In this document: positions 25,080 to 37,706 of the stretch, one piece after another
Layout: the number at the start of each line of letters is the position of its first letter
Position numbering within the stretch: position 1 is the first letter of the stretch
Assembly: GCA_030390025.1 (NCBI GenBank)
Contig: CM059427.1
Span: 14,136,001 to 14,200,000, forward strand
Length of the DNA stretch: 64,000 nucleotides
Origin: Squalus acanthias
Lineage: Eukaryota
Direction: 5' to 3'
Notes under the pieces: model-generated
Database searches by the model: none
What the model was told of the DNA's origin: nothing
The model's input: only the letters and a program-made list of their open reading frames with translations
Program-made: the position numbers and the translations under genes

Positions 25080-26545
25080 TGGGTAGAGCAATGGCACCGC
25101 TCGCACGCTGGCATTACTGATAGGCCCAAACTGTTTTCATAATCCGTCCACATTCGAATGTGATCGGCGAACCGCCAGCATTCAACAGGCGCTGATTGAC
25201 AGCTCGCCGCTCAGGGAGAAAGCAATCCCATGGTTTTCCATGGAGCCAAGTTGGAAGTAAGCATTCCATGCACTTCCTGGCACCACAAAAGTCAGCATCA
25301 CAAGTTTTTTTGGGGGTCGTTTGGGATTGGCTTCCAGAGGTCCCTTTAAAGAGCACTGGTTATGCCGCTGTACGTCGGTACCAATGGGCGGAGCGGACAC
25401 GGTACCACACATTGATACCTGAAAATTGCATCAGCTTCCAACAAACCCCAGGCGGTATAGGGAGGGAGGAGGCCACTTCCAACTGTTCATTAATGGATTC
25501 CTCACTTGCTCTCAGTTAAAATGCTGCAAAGGTTTGGGAGACATGTTGCTGGTAGTTTGTAGTGGTTTTTGGCTACTTAAGATGATTTTAAGTGCTTGTA
25601 GGGACTGAACAACCTTCTGGCTTAAGGAGCTTCTGGCAAGGCAGTTTTTCCTACATGGGGATCCTTTCTGGTAATTCCACTCAGGTTAGAGGAAGAGGAG
25701 CAGCAGCAACAGGAAGAAGGAGCAAATAAAGTGGCAGCTGCAGGGAGACCAGATAGAAGGAATAGCAGGGAGACCATGCTCGCAGGAATCCTTGCCTCCC
25801 GACAGAGTGTATAGGCCCAGGACAAGATAGCTACACTTATCTGAGGAGTAGTGCATAAGGAGGCTGCCTGTCTCTAAGGAGACAGTCACTGAGTCATGTC
25901 GCCTCCTACAACCCAAAATTGCGCTCCTACCATCTGCCGCTTCCTGCCCATTTTGGGCAGGCAACTAATTGTGGGAATACAGATGAGGCCCGGGAGTTAA
26001 AATCACATGGGCCTCACACTCACAAGCTCAGGGGGGTTTGGCGCCTGCCTCGCACCCTCTCACTCACCCAATTCCCACTCTGGGTCATTAAATCTCTTCC
26101 TCCATTGAAGCCTAGTCCTATAAACTATGCTCTTGACCTGCTCAGCCACCTCCCTCCACTACTACTGACTAATTTTCCGGGCACCTATCACCCATCTGAA
26201 GGAAAGAGGACCACCTTCCCATTGCTTACTTACTGCGCGTAAACCTCCATGGATGTATTGAACAATCGAGCTGCCCTGATCGACAGCGTACTGCCTGCCG
26301 CCTCAGTCACACAAGTCCACTGACCACCTTTGATACATCTCTTTAAGGACTGCAGGTTGCCTTTAAGTGGCAAAAGACTGCCCTCCAAACTGGTGAGCTA
26401 CCTCAAAGCTGTGTGATGAGGTCTGACCACCAAAAACAACCTAGCCTCCCACCTTCTTTAAACTCCCGCTGGCATCATCAGGCAAGCCGAGTGGACAACC
26501 CACCCACTGTCCAGCCGAACTCTGTCAGATATGAAAATCAACCCC
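25080..26545. mobile_element. Old non-autonomous Harbinger derivative
   Basis: E/Q-rich transposase leader remnant at about 25655-25920 (+), Myb-start-like remnant at about 26180-26340 (-), right end GAAAATCAACCC. The left limit is uncertain. Confidence 0.55.
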
Positions 26546-28314
26546 AGTACCTCTACAGTGGCCATGACTTATTCTGTTATAAGCTGATTTCCTGGAAAGT
26601 ACCTCATTTTAATGTTGCAACTTTGGACCATGCTTCTCCATGAAGGTAGTCTTTTAAGAGGTTCTATAATCAACCGGACTCAACTAAAGAGCTTCCTTAA
26701 AACACAAGATTACATCCATATTCGATTGTATTCCTGGTATAGCAGATAATCAGAATTCTGAAGATCTGTATTGTGAAAATTCACGTTCGCATTTGGTCCC
26801 TCTTCAGCGCCCCGGGATGAGCTTGTCAGGGTGCAAGTGCTCAACACTAATTTGGCCACTAGCTGTCTATGATTTTCTGTCCATTAAAATGAATTAGTTC
26901 CCCACAGTGTTCCACTGACAGAATTACTAGCTGTTCTGACCTGGATATGTAAATAGAGCAGATGATTTTATCAACCAAGCATCGCAAAACATGTGAAACC
27001 AAGTGATTCTGAACACTTTAACTCCACACAATAGAAATTAACTGGCATAATTGGAACTCTTCTTGGTCAAATTTGCTTTACAAATGGACTAAGGAAGCGC
27101 TGTCCCCTTGTAAAGCTTTGGGGTGAGAATTTCCTCAGGGTTCTCCTGATCGCCCGCCATAACTTCGTCAAACCCAGAGAGGCGGCAGATTTTTAGACAT
27201 TTACGCCTCTTCTCCAGGGTTTTGCTGATCTGCCAAATTACAGCAGGAATCAGGAGAGCCCCTACAGGAGTTTTAGGTGTTGAACTTTAGTGGTGTTTGT
27301 TACTAAACAGTATAAATCTGTGAGATTTCCCTAGAGATGGGTTTAACCTCAAAACAGGTTCATCACAAAGACTTTTGCTTAACAACCAGTGAGGTGTTAC
27401 AATCTCAGATTACATTGGGAAACTTTCTCCTTATGTGTGATCAGCTGAGAATACCTTTAACTTCTGATTATCTAGAATACCTCAGCAATATGATAAAGAT
27501 TGACCTATACTGGACAACTTGTTCTTACTCTGTCCAGTGACAAACTCTCATACCTGCTATGAAAACTTCTGGTTCTTTAAATAAACAGCATACCAATCCA
27601 CATCTAAAGAAATTGAACAGTGCATCACCCCATGCAAACTTTGTCTTTGAATTGATTCCTTTACTAAGGTTTGGCTGGCTTCTTTAGCACAACTTGTTAA
27701 TAAAGGAGTTTTTTTTTTTACAAATGTTAGAATTCATGAGCACAGAAACAACAAAAATCACTTGACAAATTATAAATTTTGAGGTGCACTAGTTCCCTGA
27801 GGTTGACACAAGTGCAGTTATTATTTTGCATATATCCCTGTGCTAGTAGTCTAACATCCTTAATTTCAGGTGGTTCAATGTTAAGACCGACAAGCGGATC
27901 AGACACTTGAATCCTGATCAATATAAAGTCAGTGTGCCAAGGAGCTATTCACTTGAACCAGAATTCCCATCCGCCACTGATAAAAAAAATGACCACTTTG
28001 TCCTTTAGCCATTTAATTACTCAAGCTGTGATTCAACTTTAAACTATTACACAAAACACATTCTGTTGCTGACAGTACTTGAGGCTGTGTTGCCAGGTTT
28101 TTCAATCAGGCTGAGATATAATAAAACCATAGCTAGGTTTTCTTTTGCTCTCTCCGGCAATGATGACAGGGAACTACCACTGAAGATCAAAGCAGGAATA
28201 GGCAGTTTAACAAAAAAATGGATAACAGGATTACCAACCGAGCAGCCAGAGTTTGTTTTTGTATGGCAGTGTAAGTGGGGGAGAACATAACCAGCTGGTA
28301 AATAGTCTACTCAC

Positions 28315-28558
28315 TGCCACAGTGTTTGATTTGTATTTGTTGGACTTGCTCCCGGTTTATATGATTGGGATCTGTCCTCAGTGAGACAGGAATCCAATCT
28401 TTTGTTCCAATATCAACTAGTGGAACCAGAAAAGGAAAGCCAAGGTTCATCCCGCTGCATTCCACGGACAGAGAAGCAAAGAACTGGGCAGCAGAGAGTT
28501 TTCTTCCAATGCCAGTGTAATGTTTTTTCCCCAAAGTAACTATTGGTTTAATACCACC
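28315..28558 (-). CDS. Candidate host exon of an unidentified gene (244 bp)
   Basis: Acceptor TTTGGTTTCAG|G, donor GCA|GTGAGT, and one open frame of 81 codons (GGIKPIVTLGKKHYTG...QIKHCG) in non-repeat DNA. No recognisable homology. Confidence 0.3.
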
Positions 28559-29137
28559 CTGAAACCAAATTGCTTTCTGTTGTAACATGCATTTTTCATG
28601 GGATTGATTTTTTTTTATCTTATTAAAAATACTTCCCTTTAATCTTACTTAATTTAAGATGTCACTTCTCCTAACATTCCTTAGGTAACGAAGCTACTCT
28701 GTTACTGCAAACCATATACAGACAAGATATTGACAGTGAATTTAGTTGGGCTGGTGTTACAACTCATAAGCTATCCTGCAATACACCTGATAAAACTACA
28801 TAGCTAAAATTACACAATTACATCTGAGTGCATATGAACAGGGCCACTCATAGATGTTAATACTTTTTGGTTCAAATTCAATCAATAGATGATTGATTTT
28901 TCTTCAACAAGCGACTACTTTAACTCAATATATAATTGTTACATTACTGCTGCTCTGAGTTGATAAATATGCTAACAGATGTGCTTACCATTCTGGTCTG
29001 GTCCTTATCGGTTTGTTGGGCTGCGTCTTCTTACTTTCTTCTTCGTTACAGGAGCTTTCTTTATTCCTTGACTTGGGATTTTTAGCTCCATCTGGTGCTT
29101 ACTTCCACTGCTCTGCTGGACTAACACCTCACTTAAG

Positions 29138-29756
29138 GGTGTCGATTTTAACTTTCTGAAATCGGCATTAAGAGCGGAAACTGCTTCAGATTGGAGCCAT
29201 TAACGCTGATGATCGGCCTACTGCCACTTTTATAGTGGACTGCTGCTGGGTGGCCAAAGCGCCTGCCTGTTTCATGTGATAGGCCCTATTTAATATGCAA
29301 ATTGAGGTCCTATGACATACATAGGACCCCGATTGCCATTTTAGGATAGAAGTGGTCAATGCGTACACCATGCATTCTCCAACCAGTTTCACTGGAGAGC
29401 CCAAGAGGCCATGGAAAAATATGTTTTACATTATATTTGTGGGGACAGGAGGAGCAGGAGTGCTGTTCTGGGGCCCCACAAAAATAACCTGGACCACTGG
29501 TGCCCCAGACTCTCCCTCCATGCTCCCCGCTCCACCACCCACTCCTCTGGGTGATCTTGCGGCTAGCCAGGTGACCTGTGGGCTGCCCAATATTGCGCCA
29601 GCTTGAAACTGGCGAGCTGCAGCGGGATTCCTGTTTGGTGCCCACAGCTCATCTGGTCTATTTAAATGAGACCTGGGCCTCAAAGTGATTCCGGCCTTTC
29701 TGTTCCTGGACTGGGCGGGCTTCGCCAATCGGCCGTCAAAAGATAAAATCAACCCC
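29138..29756. mobile_element. Harbinger-type MITE (619 bp)
   Basis: TIRs GGTGTCGATTTTA / TAAAATCAACCCC (11/13 match), TSD AAG (29135-37, 29757-59), GC-rich non-coding interior. Confidence 0.8.
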
Positions 29757-29789
29757 AAGGACTCAGCTAGTTTGTACCTCATAGTGGTT

Positions 29790-30110
29790 GGGGGTAGATT
29801 TTCATGTATCTGATTCCATCGGGCCTTGGAGGCGGAGAGTACAAACCCACCGCCCGCTCAATGGACTCGGTCTGAGACTCAACCAATTTTCATGGTTGGA
29901 CCTCATGTCCCAACTATCGGCAAGTAACTTACGCATTTTGAGCAGCTCACCGATCGGAGGGAGCCAAAACTCAGACAGTTCCAGCACGGTGCCCACCCCC
30001 CCCTCCCCCCCCCCCCCCCCCCCCCGCCCCCCCGGTATGGCTGCAGGGAGGGCTGCGGGGACTCGGGCATTGCAGGAGGGTCTGGCATCGTCGGGGTCTT
30101 ATTCTGACTA
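29790..30110. mobile_element. One-ended Harbinger-type MITE fragment with a poly-C tract
   Basis: Starts with the TIR-like GGGGGTAGATTTTC; CpG-rich; C-run at 29996-30033; no matching right end found. Confidence 0.4.
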
Positions 30111-30545
30111 TTGATCAAATTAGTTTTATTGAGGTCAGGCTCGCTAGTCTATAGTGCCTGGGCATGACTGTCACATTCTTTGAATATGGGAAACCATTTG
30201 CCTACATCTAGCCTGTCTGAATCTCCTAGAATCCCTTTCTGCCCTCTGGTAAAATCATATTTGCATCTGTTAATAAAATAAATAGACTGGAAAAGTCTAG
30301 AAAATATACACTAGCATTGCTTTTATATTTTTGCTTTGAAGACTGTCCATCTCTCTCTTTCTTGTCACAGTTTTAATTAGACACAACAGTTTGCATTGCA
30401 ACAAAATTTATTTTGAGTAATGTAAGTGTTTGCTGAGTTAAATGGATGCATTTTCATTTCTGAAGGTATACCTTTCACTCCTCTTAAGCCAACTCACTGC
30501 AGTGCATCAGCCTGTGTCGTTTAGTCTTTCAGAGGATAACACCTG

Positions 30546-31529
30546 CTGTTCCTGGTTTCCAATGCTCATGTTATTCCTGGTTTCCAATGCTCATGCTATT
30601 CCTGGTTTCCGATGCTCATGTTATTCCTGGTTTCCAATGCTCATGCTATTCCTGGTTTCCAATGCTCATGCTATTCCTGGTTTCCAATGCTCATGCTATT
30701 CCTGGTTTCCGATGCTCATGCTATTCCTGGTTTCCAAAGCACGTGCTATTCCTGGTTTCCAAAGCACGTGCTATTCCTGGTTTCCAATGCTCATGCTATT
30801 CCTGGTTTCCGATGCTCATGCTATTCCTGGTTTCCAATGCTCATGCTATTCCTGGTTTCCAAAGCACGTGCTATTCCTGGTTTCCAAAGCACGTGCTATT
30901 CCTGGTTTCCAATGCTCATGCTATTCCTGGTTTCCAAAGCACGTGCTATTCCTGGTTTCCAAAGCACGTGCTATTCCTGGTTTCCAAAGCACGTGCTATT
31001 CCTGGTTTCCAATGCTCATGCTATTCCTGGTTTCCAAAGCACGTGCTATTCCTGGTTTCCAAAGCACGTGCTATTCCTGGTTTCCAATGCTCATGCTATT
31101 CCTGGTTTCCAAAGCACGTGCTATTCCTGGTTTCCAAAGCACGTGCTATTCCTGGTTTCCAATGCTCATGCTATTCCTGGTTTCCAATGCTCATGCTATT
31201 CCTGGTTTCCAAAGCACGTGCTATTCCTGGTTTCCAAAGCACGTGCTATTCCTGGTTTCCAATGCTCATGCTATTCCTGGTTTCCAATGCTCATGCTATT
31301 CCTGGTTTCCAAAGCACGTGCTATTCCTGGTTTCCAAAGCACGTGCTATTCCTGGTTTCCAATGCTCATGCTATTCCTAGTTTCCAATGCTCATGCTATT
31401 CCTGGTTTCCAATGCTCATGCTATTCCTGGTTTCCAATGCTCATGCTATTCCTGGTTTCCAATGCTCATGCTATTCCTGGTTTCCAATGCTCATGCTATT
31501 CCTGGTTTCCAATGCTCATGCTATTCCTG
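30546..31529. repeat. 25-bp minisatellite, 39 full units plus a partial unit, two major unit types
   Basis: Constant CTATTCCTGGTTTCC followed by AATGCTCATG (A, 21 units), GATGCTCATG (G, 3 units) or AAAGCACGTG (B, 15 units). An orphan partial unit lies at 32159-32179. Confidence 0.98.
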
Positions 31530-32157
31530 GGGGGTGATTTTCGCAGCCCCGAGGAGGCGGGTTTGGAGGCGGGACAGTTGGCAAAATGGCAAAAACTGAG
31601 GGCGGGTTCAGAACCCGTCTCCAACCCGCTTCTGTGCAATCTTGCCGGAGGCGGGTTTGATGGGTGCAATTCGGTCCCGCCTCCATTCGTCGGGAGAGGT
31701 AGTTAAGACCTTAAATGGTCATTAAGGGCCTCTATAATCCTATTTTGACAGGCCTTCGTTATTTTACCACATTTTCAGCATGTTGCACGGCCCTCCGAAA
31801 CCACGCCAGCTAATCCTGGCGGGTTGACAAGTGGGTGGCCTCCTCACAGCTGCAGCTCCACCATTAAAACAGAGCTTTCATCAGGGAGCAGTTGCAGGTG
31901 GCAGAACTTTTGTTCCAAAGGTCTTTCAGCACTTTTAGCAGGCCTACCGAAGTCGGAGGTGCTGCAGCTTCTATCTCTGAACTGTGGGACCTCCTTGGAA
32001 GACCCTCTCCCCGCGTGGACTGAGCGCTTCCCCAACGGAGGTATCTGCCAGCAGCATGGGAACCATTTATTTCCTTTCACCATGGACCTCAGATTTGGAT
32101 AAGGAGCAGGCACGGCAGCAGCAGAACCAGGCAGCTCAGCAACAACAGCAACAGGAG
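31530..32157 (+). mobile_element. One-ended Harbinger fragment (left TIR to transposase poly-Q leader)
   Basis: TIR GGGGGTGATTTTCGC; near-identical to the reverse complement of about 56871-57404; encodes MGTIYFLSPWTSDLDKEQARQQQ and then stops at an orphan minisatellite unit. Confidence 0.9.
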
Positions 32158-33459
32158 GTTATTCCTGGTTTCCAAAGCATATATTTAAGCATCGTATGGA
32201 ACAAGCTCTTCCTAACTGCTACTCACACACAACTGAGTTGCTAGAAATTGTTAAAAACTGTCATTTCTTCAAAGCAACTACATTTTAATCAATTCACTTT
32301 CAAGTTCTTAGATATCATTTTTTTTGTCCACACCATACTGTCAACCACAAAGGAAAAAGCTTGAAATCTGGACAAAGTCCACAAGGTACAATACAAGACA
32401 GATTAGGCTTCAGAGCTGTCAGTAGGAGGCCTAGAAATAGCCATAATCAATGCTGGGGTTATCTTTCTGGGGGCTTTATACCTACCAACCCACTAGTTTA
32501 TCTACTTTGTAAATTTCTTTAAAAAGCTGTTGGATAAATTAATTCACAAATGTATATTACATATACTTTATATATTGCCTGCTGTACTGTGTAATCTGTT
32601 TAACTTTTCATAATTTATGGAGGGCTAATTAAGCCTGTAACTGCTGAAAATCTACATTGTGACATTGTTTCTTTCACTAACCCATTTACTGGTTAATGAA
32701 TCTATTTGGCATTTTATAGCCTAAAACTTGGTATAGTGAAATGTTTATTCCACCGCCTCCTAAAGTCAAGGAAGATCATGTTAGGGCATTTAATATAACA
32801 AATAGCCAAAATACAGCAACAGGGTTTTTTGTTTGATACCTGGGCTCGCAACAAATTACATAGATCGAGGGCAGTGAAAGGCACACTCTGGGTCATACAG
32901 AAAAAGTACATGTTATGGGAATGGTCTGAGATACTGAACCCGGCAAATATATCACAGCAATTTTCAATGATGAAACTGTTCCAGAAATTCTGCCCCATGC
33001 AAGTCCTGCCTTAAATTCTGGTAAGTGGGAGGAGAGTCTTCTGCCCTTCCCCCATGTCAAAGGGCATGTCTGGGAGAGTTCTGAAGCAACTATAGGAATT
33101 TGGCCCAGCATATCTTTATAAGGCCTCAATGGAACGCTCATCAGCTGAAAGATGGTGTCAGTTTTGTGGAGGCCTCAGCCCAAAAGTAATCAACGTGGGA
33201 GGGGATTGATTACCTTAAAATGTATCCCTAAAGGATCCCTTTGGAGCTGAAGGCATTTTTTGCTTTTTAATCTTTGACCCTGGAAGGGGCTCAGGGACCC
33301 CTGTTAGAGTTTGGTGCCGGCTGCCTGCCCCAATGATACAAATGACCCCACCCCCCCAATCTGGGACAGAGTCAACGGCCACAGATATTGATGGACTTAC
33401 GGCCTAGTCTTCAGTGAGAATAGTAGGCCCATTTGAATTTTGGGCAGATTGCCTTTTTC

Positions 33460-33810
33460 ACTGGAACTGAAAGCATGAAAGAGGGTTTTGAGAGGGTAAA
33501 TAATTAAAAATTGTTTCCATTGATCAATGAATCAATAATAAGGGGGTCGTAAAATCAGGATTATCACAAAGAATAAAGGAGAAAGTTAGAAGAGGTTTTT
33601 TCACACAAACTATTATTCGAATATTGAATGCTTTACCACAAATGGTGCTGGAGGCAGACACTAAAACATACTTTTAAAAGGAAGAATATAAAATGATACA
33701 GGGAAGGGGCATGTAAATGAGATTAAAGTGCATAGCTCCAGTTGAAGAGCTAGCATCAGTACAGACATAATGGGCCGAATGGTCTCCTTCTGTCCTGTAA
33801 TTTCTCTGAT
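33460..33810 (+). mobile_element. Old CR1 3' fragment
   Basis: Decayed ORF2 C-terminus (AGGTTTTTTCACACAA...TGAATGCTTTACCACA) and 3' UTR ATGGGCCGAATGGTCTCCTTCTG. Confidence 0.65.
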
Positions 33811-35835
33811 CCTTTATGTTACTGTACTAAAAGCAGATACATAGGTTTGAAATGTGAAATTTGCCTCAATACCCCAAGTAAAAAAATGAAAATCTGTTAA
33901 GTTGAAGCGGATTGTACTACACAATCTACACTTTCCATTCGGATAAGATGACATTTCTGGTTCTAAATGTCTATAGCACGAATAGAAAAATAATGCTGTA
34001 CCCATGAGTCCTCCATTACAGTCTAACTTGGAGCTCACTCACCCAACTAAGGTGCACTGTAAGTGATTGATAAAAGTTATGTTGGTGATCTTATACTCTT
34101 AATATTCTTAAGTGGCAGGAATTCTCTTTTTCCTTTGAACATATAAATAAATAGAAATAATGTTTGTAGGCAGCACATCAGCAACACTGACAGCATAGAA
34201 AAAAATGGCAAGTGCTTCTTTTTCTCGATGTCCTTCACTGCATACTCGAACTGGAAGGGTACCAGGTTGAACAAAGGTGGGCTGGAGATTAAAGCTGAAG
34301 AAATGAAACAACCAGTTTTGATACTCTAATTATTATATGAATATAAATTTAGACAGATTGTGTGAAGTAAGTTCAAAAGTCTCGAAGCTTGGATTAATTC
34401 AGCAAAGGGCAAATCAACAACTCTATAATAGATAGATAATCTGGAGATCTGATTCCACAGGAAGAACCCAGACTAGTGTGGTTGATGTAAAGTATTCTAC
34501 CAGGCTTCCTTAATCAGCCCAAAACTGAGCCAGCATACGTGATAATAAAAAACACAACCAACATTGCATCCAGAACTATAAATAACAACTGACCACATGT
34601 GATTAGCTTTTAAATGTTGCATTTTACAGATAACAGAGATTTTAGACTCAGCACACAAGAAGGAAAGTTGATCATTTTGAGGGAAGTGATTGAGAAATTG
34701 GTATGTGTTGACAATTCAATGTCTATCAAAATTTCTATCCATAGCGTCAAGTCTGGGCCCGTGAAATTTCTATCTCATGGTATCTAGTTTTCTAGACTTT
34801 ACTTCTCTATTATACAGGATACCAAGATATTAAAAATAAACTGAAGATTCAGTGGATGAACCACAGATCTATATTCAGCACATTTTGAAAAGCAAAGCCG
34901 CCCATTGATAAATAAGTTGAGAGTGTCTAGAAAGGATGAGATGAATGACATGTATGAGAATAAATGTCATTTTCTGAAATATTTAACTTTTTTAGAGTTT
35001 GATAGGAGTTACCATTCAGTATTGTCTTTTTCCTACATTCTGTCTCTATTGCCTCAAAGAAAAAAACTTTGTCATTTTCTCCAATGTGCCATATGTTCTC
35101 CTGCCCAGTTATATACTGCTCACCTTAAAATTTGGCTACTATTTCTTATTAGAATCCACAATTTGTGAAATAAAGTTAAATTAAAAATGTGTTAACAAGT
35201 TAAATTTCATTGTTCATTGATCCATGCACAGCCAGCCAGTGTGTGTTACCCTACAGAGAAGAAATGGAGTGATAGAACTTTAAACTGTAGAGGAGCTAGA
35301 TGACATTGAATGAAATAATGAACTTGAAGGAACATTACTTTTGTCTTTACACATTCAACAAGCTCAGCATTTTATTTTTCTCTTTGTTTTTGGATTTGTT
35401 GTTGGGAGATTTTTCAGTTCAACAAATCTCAAGGCATAATGGAAGCAGTTTAATTCTACAGTGGATCTCTGACCTGACAAATATGATCAGCTAGCAGTTT
35501 ATCAAACTTGCACCAGAGACACAAGGGGCTAAATTAGATAGCCCCCAATAACCGGCGCGGGGATTGCGATGCACAATTACCCCAGTTTGATGTAATGCAG
35601 GCAGCACGGCATCTTCGTGCTGCCTGCACATGAGCATGATGTCTGCATGCAGCCAGCGCTAACCAAGCTGTTGATTGGCTGCACGCATCAGTGGGGGACC
35701 CAAAATCAATACTTTCTAGCACTACTTAAAGCTAGCCTGCACTGCTTAAAGCTAGTCTAGGGGAGGTGCATTGTGGATGGAGCAGGTGCTGGGAGTCCTT
35801 TGTGAACTGAATCTGACCTGGGAGAAGACAGAAGA

Positions 35836-37706
35836 ATGGCTGAATATGGGAGAGAGTGGGCACCCAGGTTTTCCGACGCCGCAATGGAGGTCTTGGTGGA
35901 GCAGGTGGAAAGGAAGAGAGATGCCCTGTGTCCGCAGGAGGCCCTTCAGACACACAGTGAAAAGGCAGTGGGAGCAGATAGCCACGGAGGTCAATGCCAG
36001 GAATTTAGCCCCAAGGACCTGGATGCAGTGCCACAAGAAGTTTAATGGCCTCACACAAGTGAATGCATCTTCAAATGCCATATCCTACCAACAGCACCAC
36101 TAGCCTCAGCCACTGCTCAAATCACCACACCCCCCATCACACACCTACCAACAATCTCTATCAATCAGGACTCATAGCTAACATTCATATGCTTCAGCTC
36201 ACCCTCACACACTTGGCACTGTTGCAAGCCTCAGACCCACATCTCACAGCTTGCACACACTGCCAGCTATTCAACCATGACAGTCACATCACCTAAACAT
36301 ATTGCACGACACTCGCTGACACACCTCTCTCTCTCTTGCAGGAGAAGGTGGCGCACAACCGAAGGCAGGAGGAACTAACCGGCAGGGGACAGATGTGCCT
36401 GAGTGCTCTAACCCCCATGGAGGAGATGGTGCTGCCCATTATCGGAAGGGCCTTTGCTGAGGCCGTGCCCAGCGGCATGGCTAAATCCATTGAAGATAAC
36501 GGTATCCTCATACCTAATCCTCCTTCTCACATCCCACTTCTCCCTCATCCCACAATCTCTTCTGACTTACAAACTGCAGATGGTGTAAGCATACAGCTCT
36601 TACTTTCCACCCACCCCCTCCCCTCAGCACAACATTACCTTTGTGCCTTTTTTCCTTTCAGACACCCAGGAAGTGCAACCTGGCCAGGTAGTGGAGGAAG
36701 ACCAAGAAGAGAGTGATGATGAATATGCATCATCACTAGATTTCACACTCGCAGCCACCAGCTCAGATACTGACACTGTGCATATCTTAGAGGATAGATT
36801 AGAGGTGGGATCTGCATGTGGTGAGACACCGGGCACAAGTGTGCTACAGCCAGGACAGAGGGAAAGGGTAGCACAGGTGCCAGCTCGCCAGAGGGCAAGG
36901 TCACACATGAGTTCAGCTGCAAAGGACTCAGATGAGGACTTCAATGGGCCAGGCTACAGAAGGAGGCTGATGGGTGTACATAACAAAATGCTTGGTGCAC
37001 TGGGAAGCCTGCCGGAAAGCCTGCATGCAATGTCAAGGAGCATGGAGGAGCCTGGCACCAACTTGGTACAGGGCTTTGGCAGAGCTTGGTGCCCATCCTT
37101 CCCAACATGGAAGTGGTGACCAACTCCATCAACACACTTGTGGACCCGACAATGATGCAGCGTCTGATGGCCGATGTCTCAGCTTCCATTACAGCACAAG
37201 CAGCTTCCACCAGAAGTCTGAGTGCTGCAGTGGAAGCTCCGACTGAAGTCATGTAAGCTCAGCTTGCTGCCATCATGGCTGTGGATACAAGTGTTCAAAG
37301 GGGCTCGCAGGGTGTCACAGCAGTCCAGCAAACTGTCCTCCAACAGATTACTAGGATTGCTGAGGCGCCGACCCAGGGGAGTGGCAGTGGCTCCATGGAG
37401 CACGAACCTGCAATCCTCTCTCAGGATTACAGCATTCATGCTCCCACCCTTGCCGCTCCGCCAGTGCCCTTGCTATTGCCTGTCAGGCAGCCAGGCCAGA
37501 CTGCTGCCACCCATGCCGAGATGGTGCAGTCTGAAGCCGGGCCTTCTAGGCCGAGAGCTCCAAGGCCATCTGCAGTCTACTCCACTAAAAGTCAGCAGCC
37601 TTCTACCAGCCATGCTGCAGCCACTGGGGTAGAACTGCATAGGAGCACTAGGACAGGCAAAGGCACACGAAAGACAGGCACTAAGGGAATTCACAAGGGT
37701 GATTAG
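35836..37706 (+). pseudogene. Myb/SANT-like partner gene of H3 (exons about 35836-36058, 36342-36501, 36662-37706), frameshifted
   Basis: APRFSDAAMEVLVEQV...WEQIATEVNA...RTWMQCHKKFNGL; exon 2 EKVAHNRRQEELTGRG is 160 bp as in H1; intron phases are the same as in H1. Confidence 0.82.

Noticed and set aside
29996-30033. Poly-C tract with G-quadruplex potential
   Set aside because: A simple homopolymer inside a MITE fragment whose length is unreliable in assemblies; there is no evidence of function.
30546-31529. CRISPR-like appearance (constant 15-mer plus variable 10-mer)
   Set aside because: The variable part has only three related states, not unique spacers; the period is 25 bp; there are no cas genes; the context is eukaryotic.
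30442-31706. Three overlapping ORFs of 312-364 aa
   Set aside because: They are an artefact of a stop-free 25-bp unit cycling through all three frames; there is no evidence of a gene.
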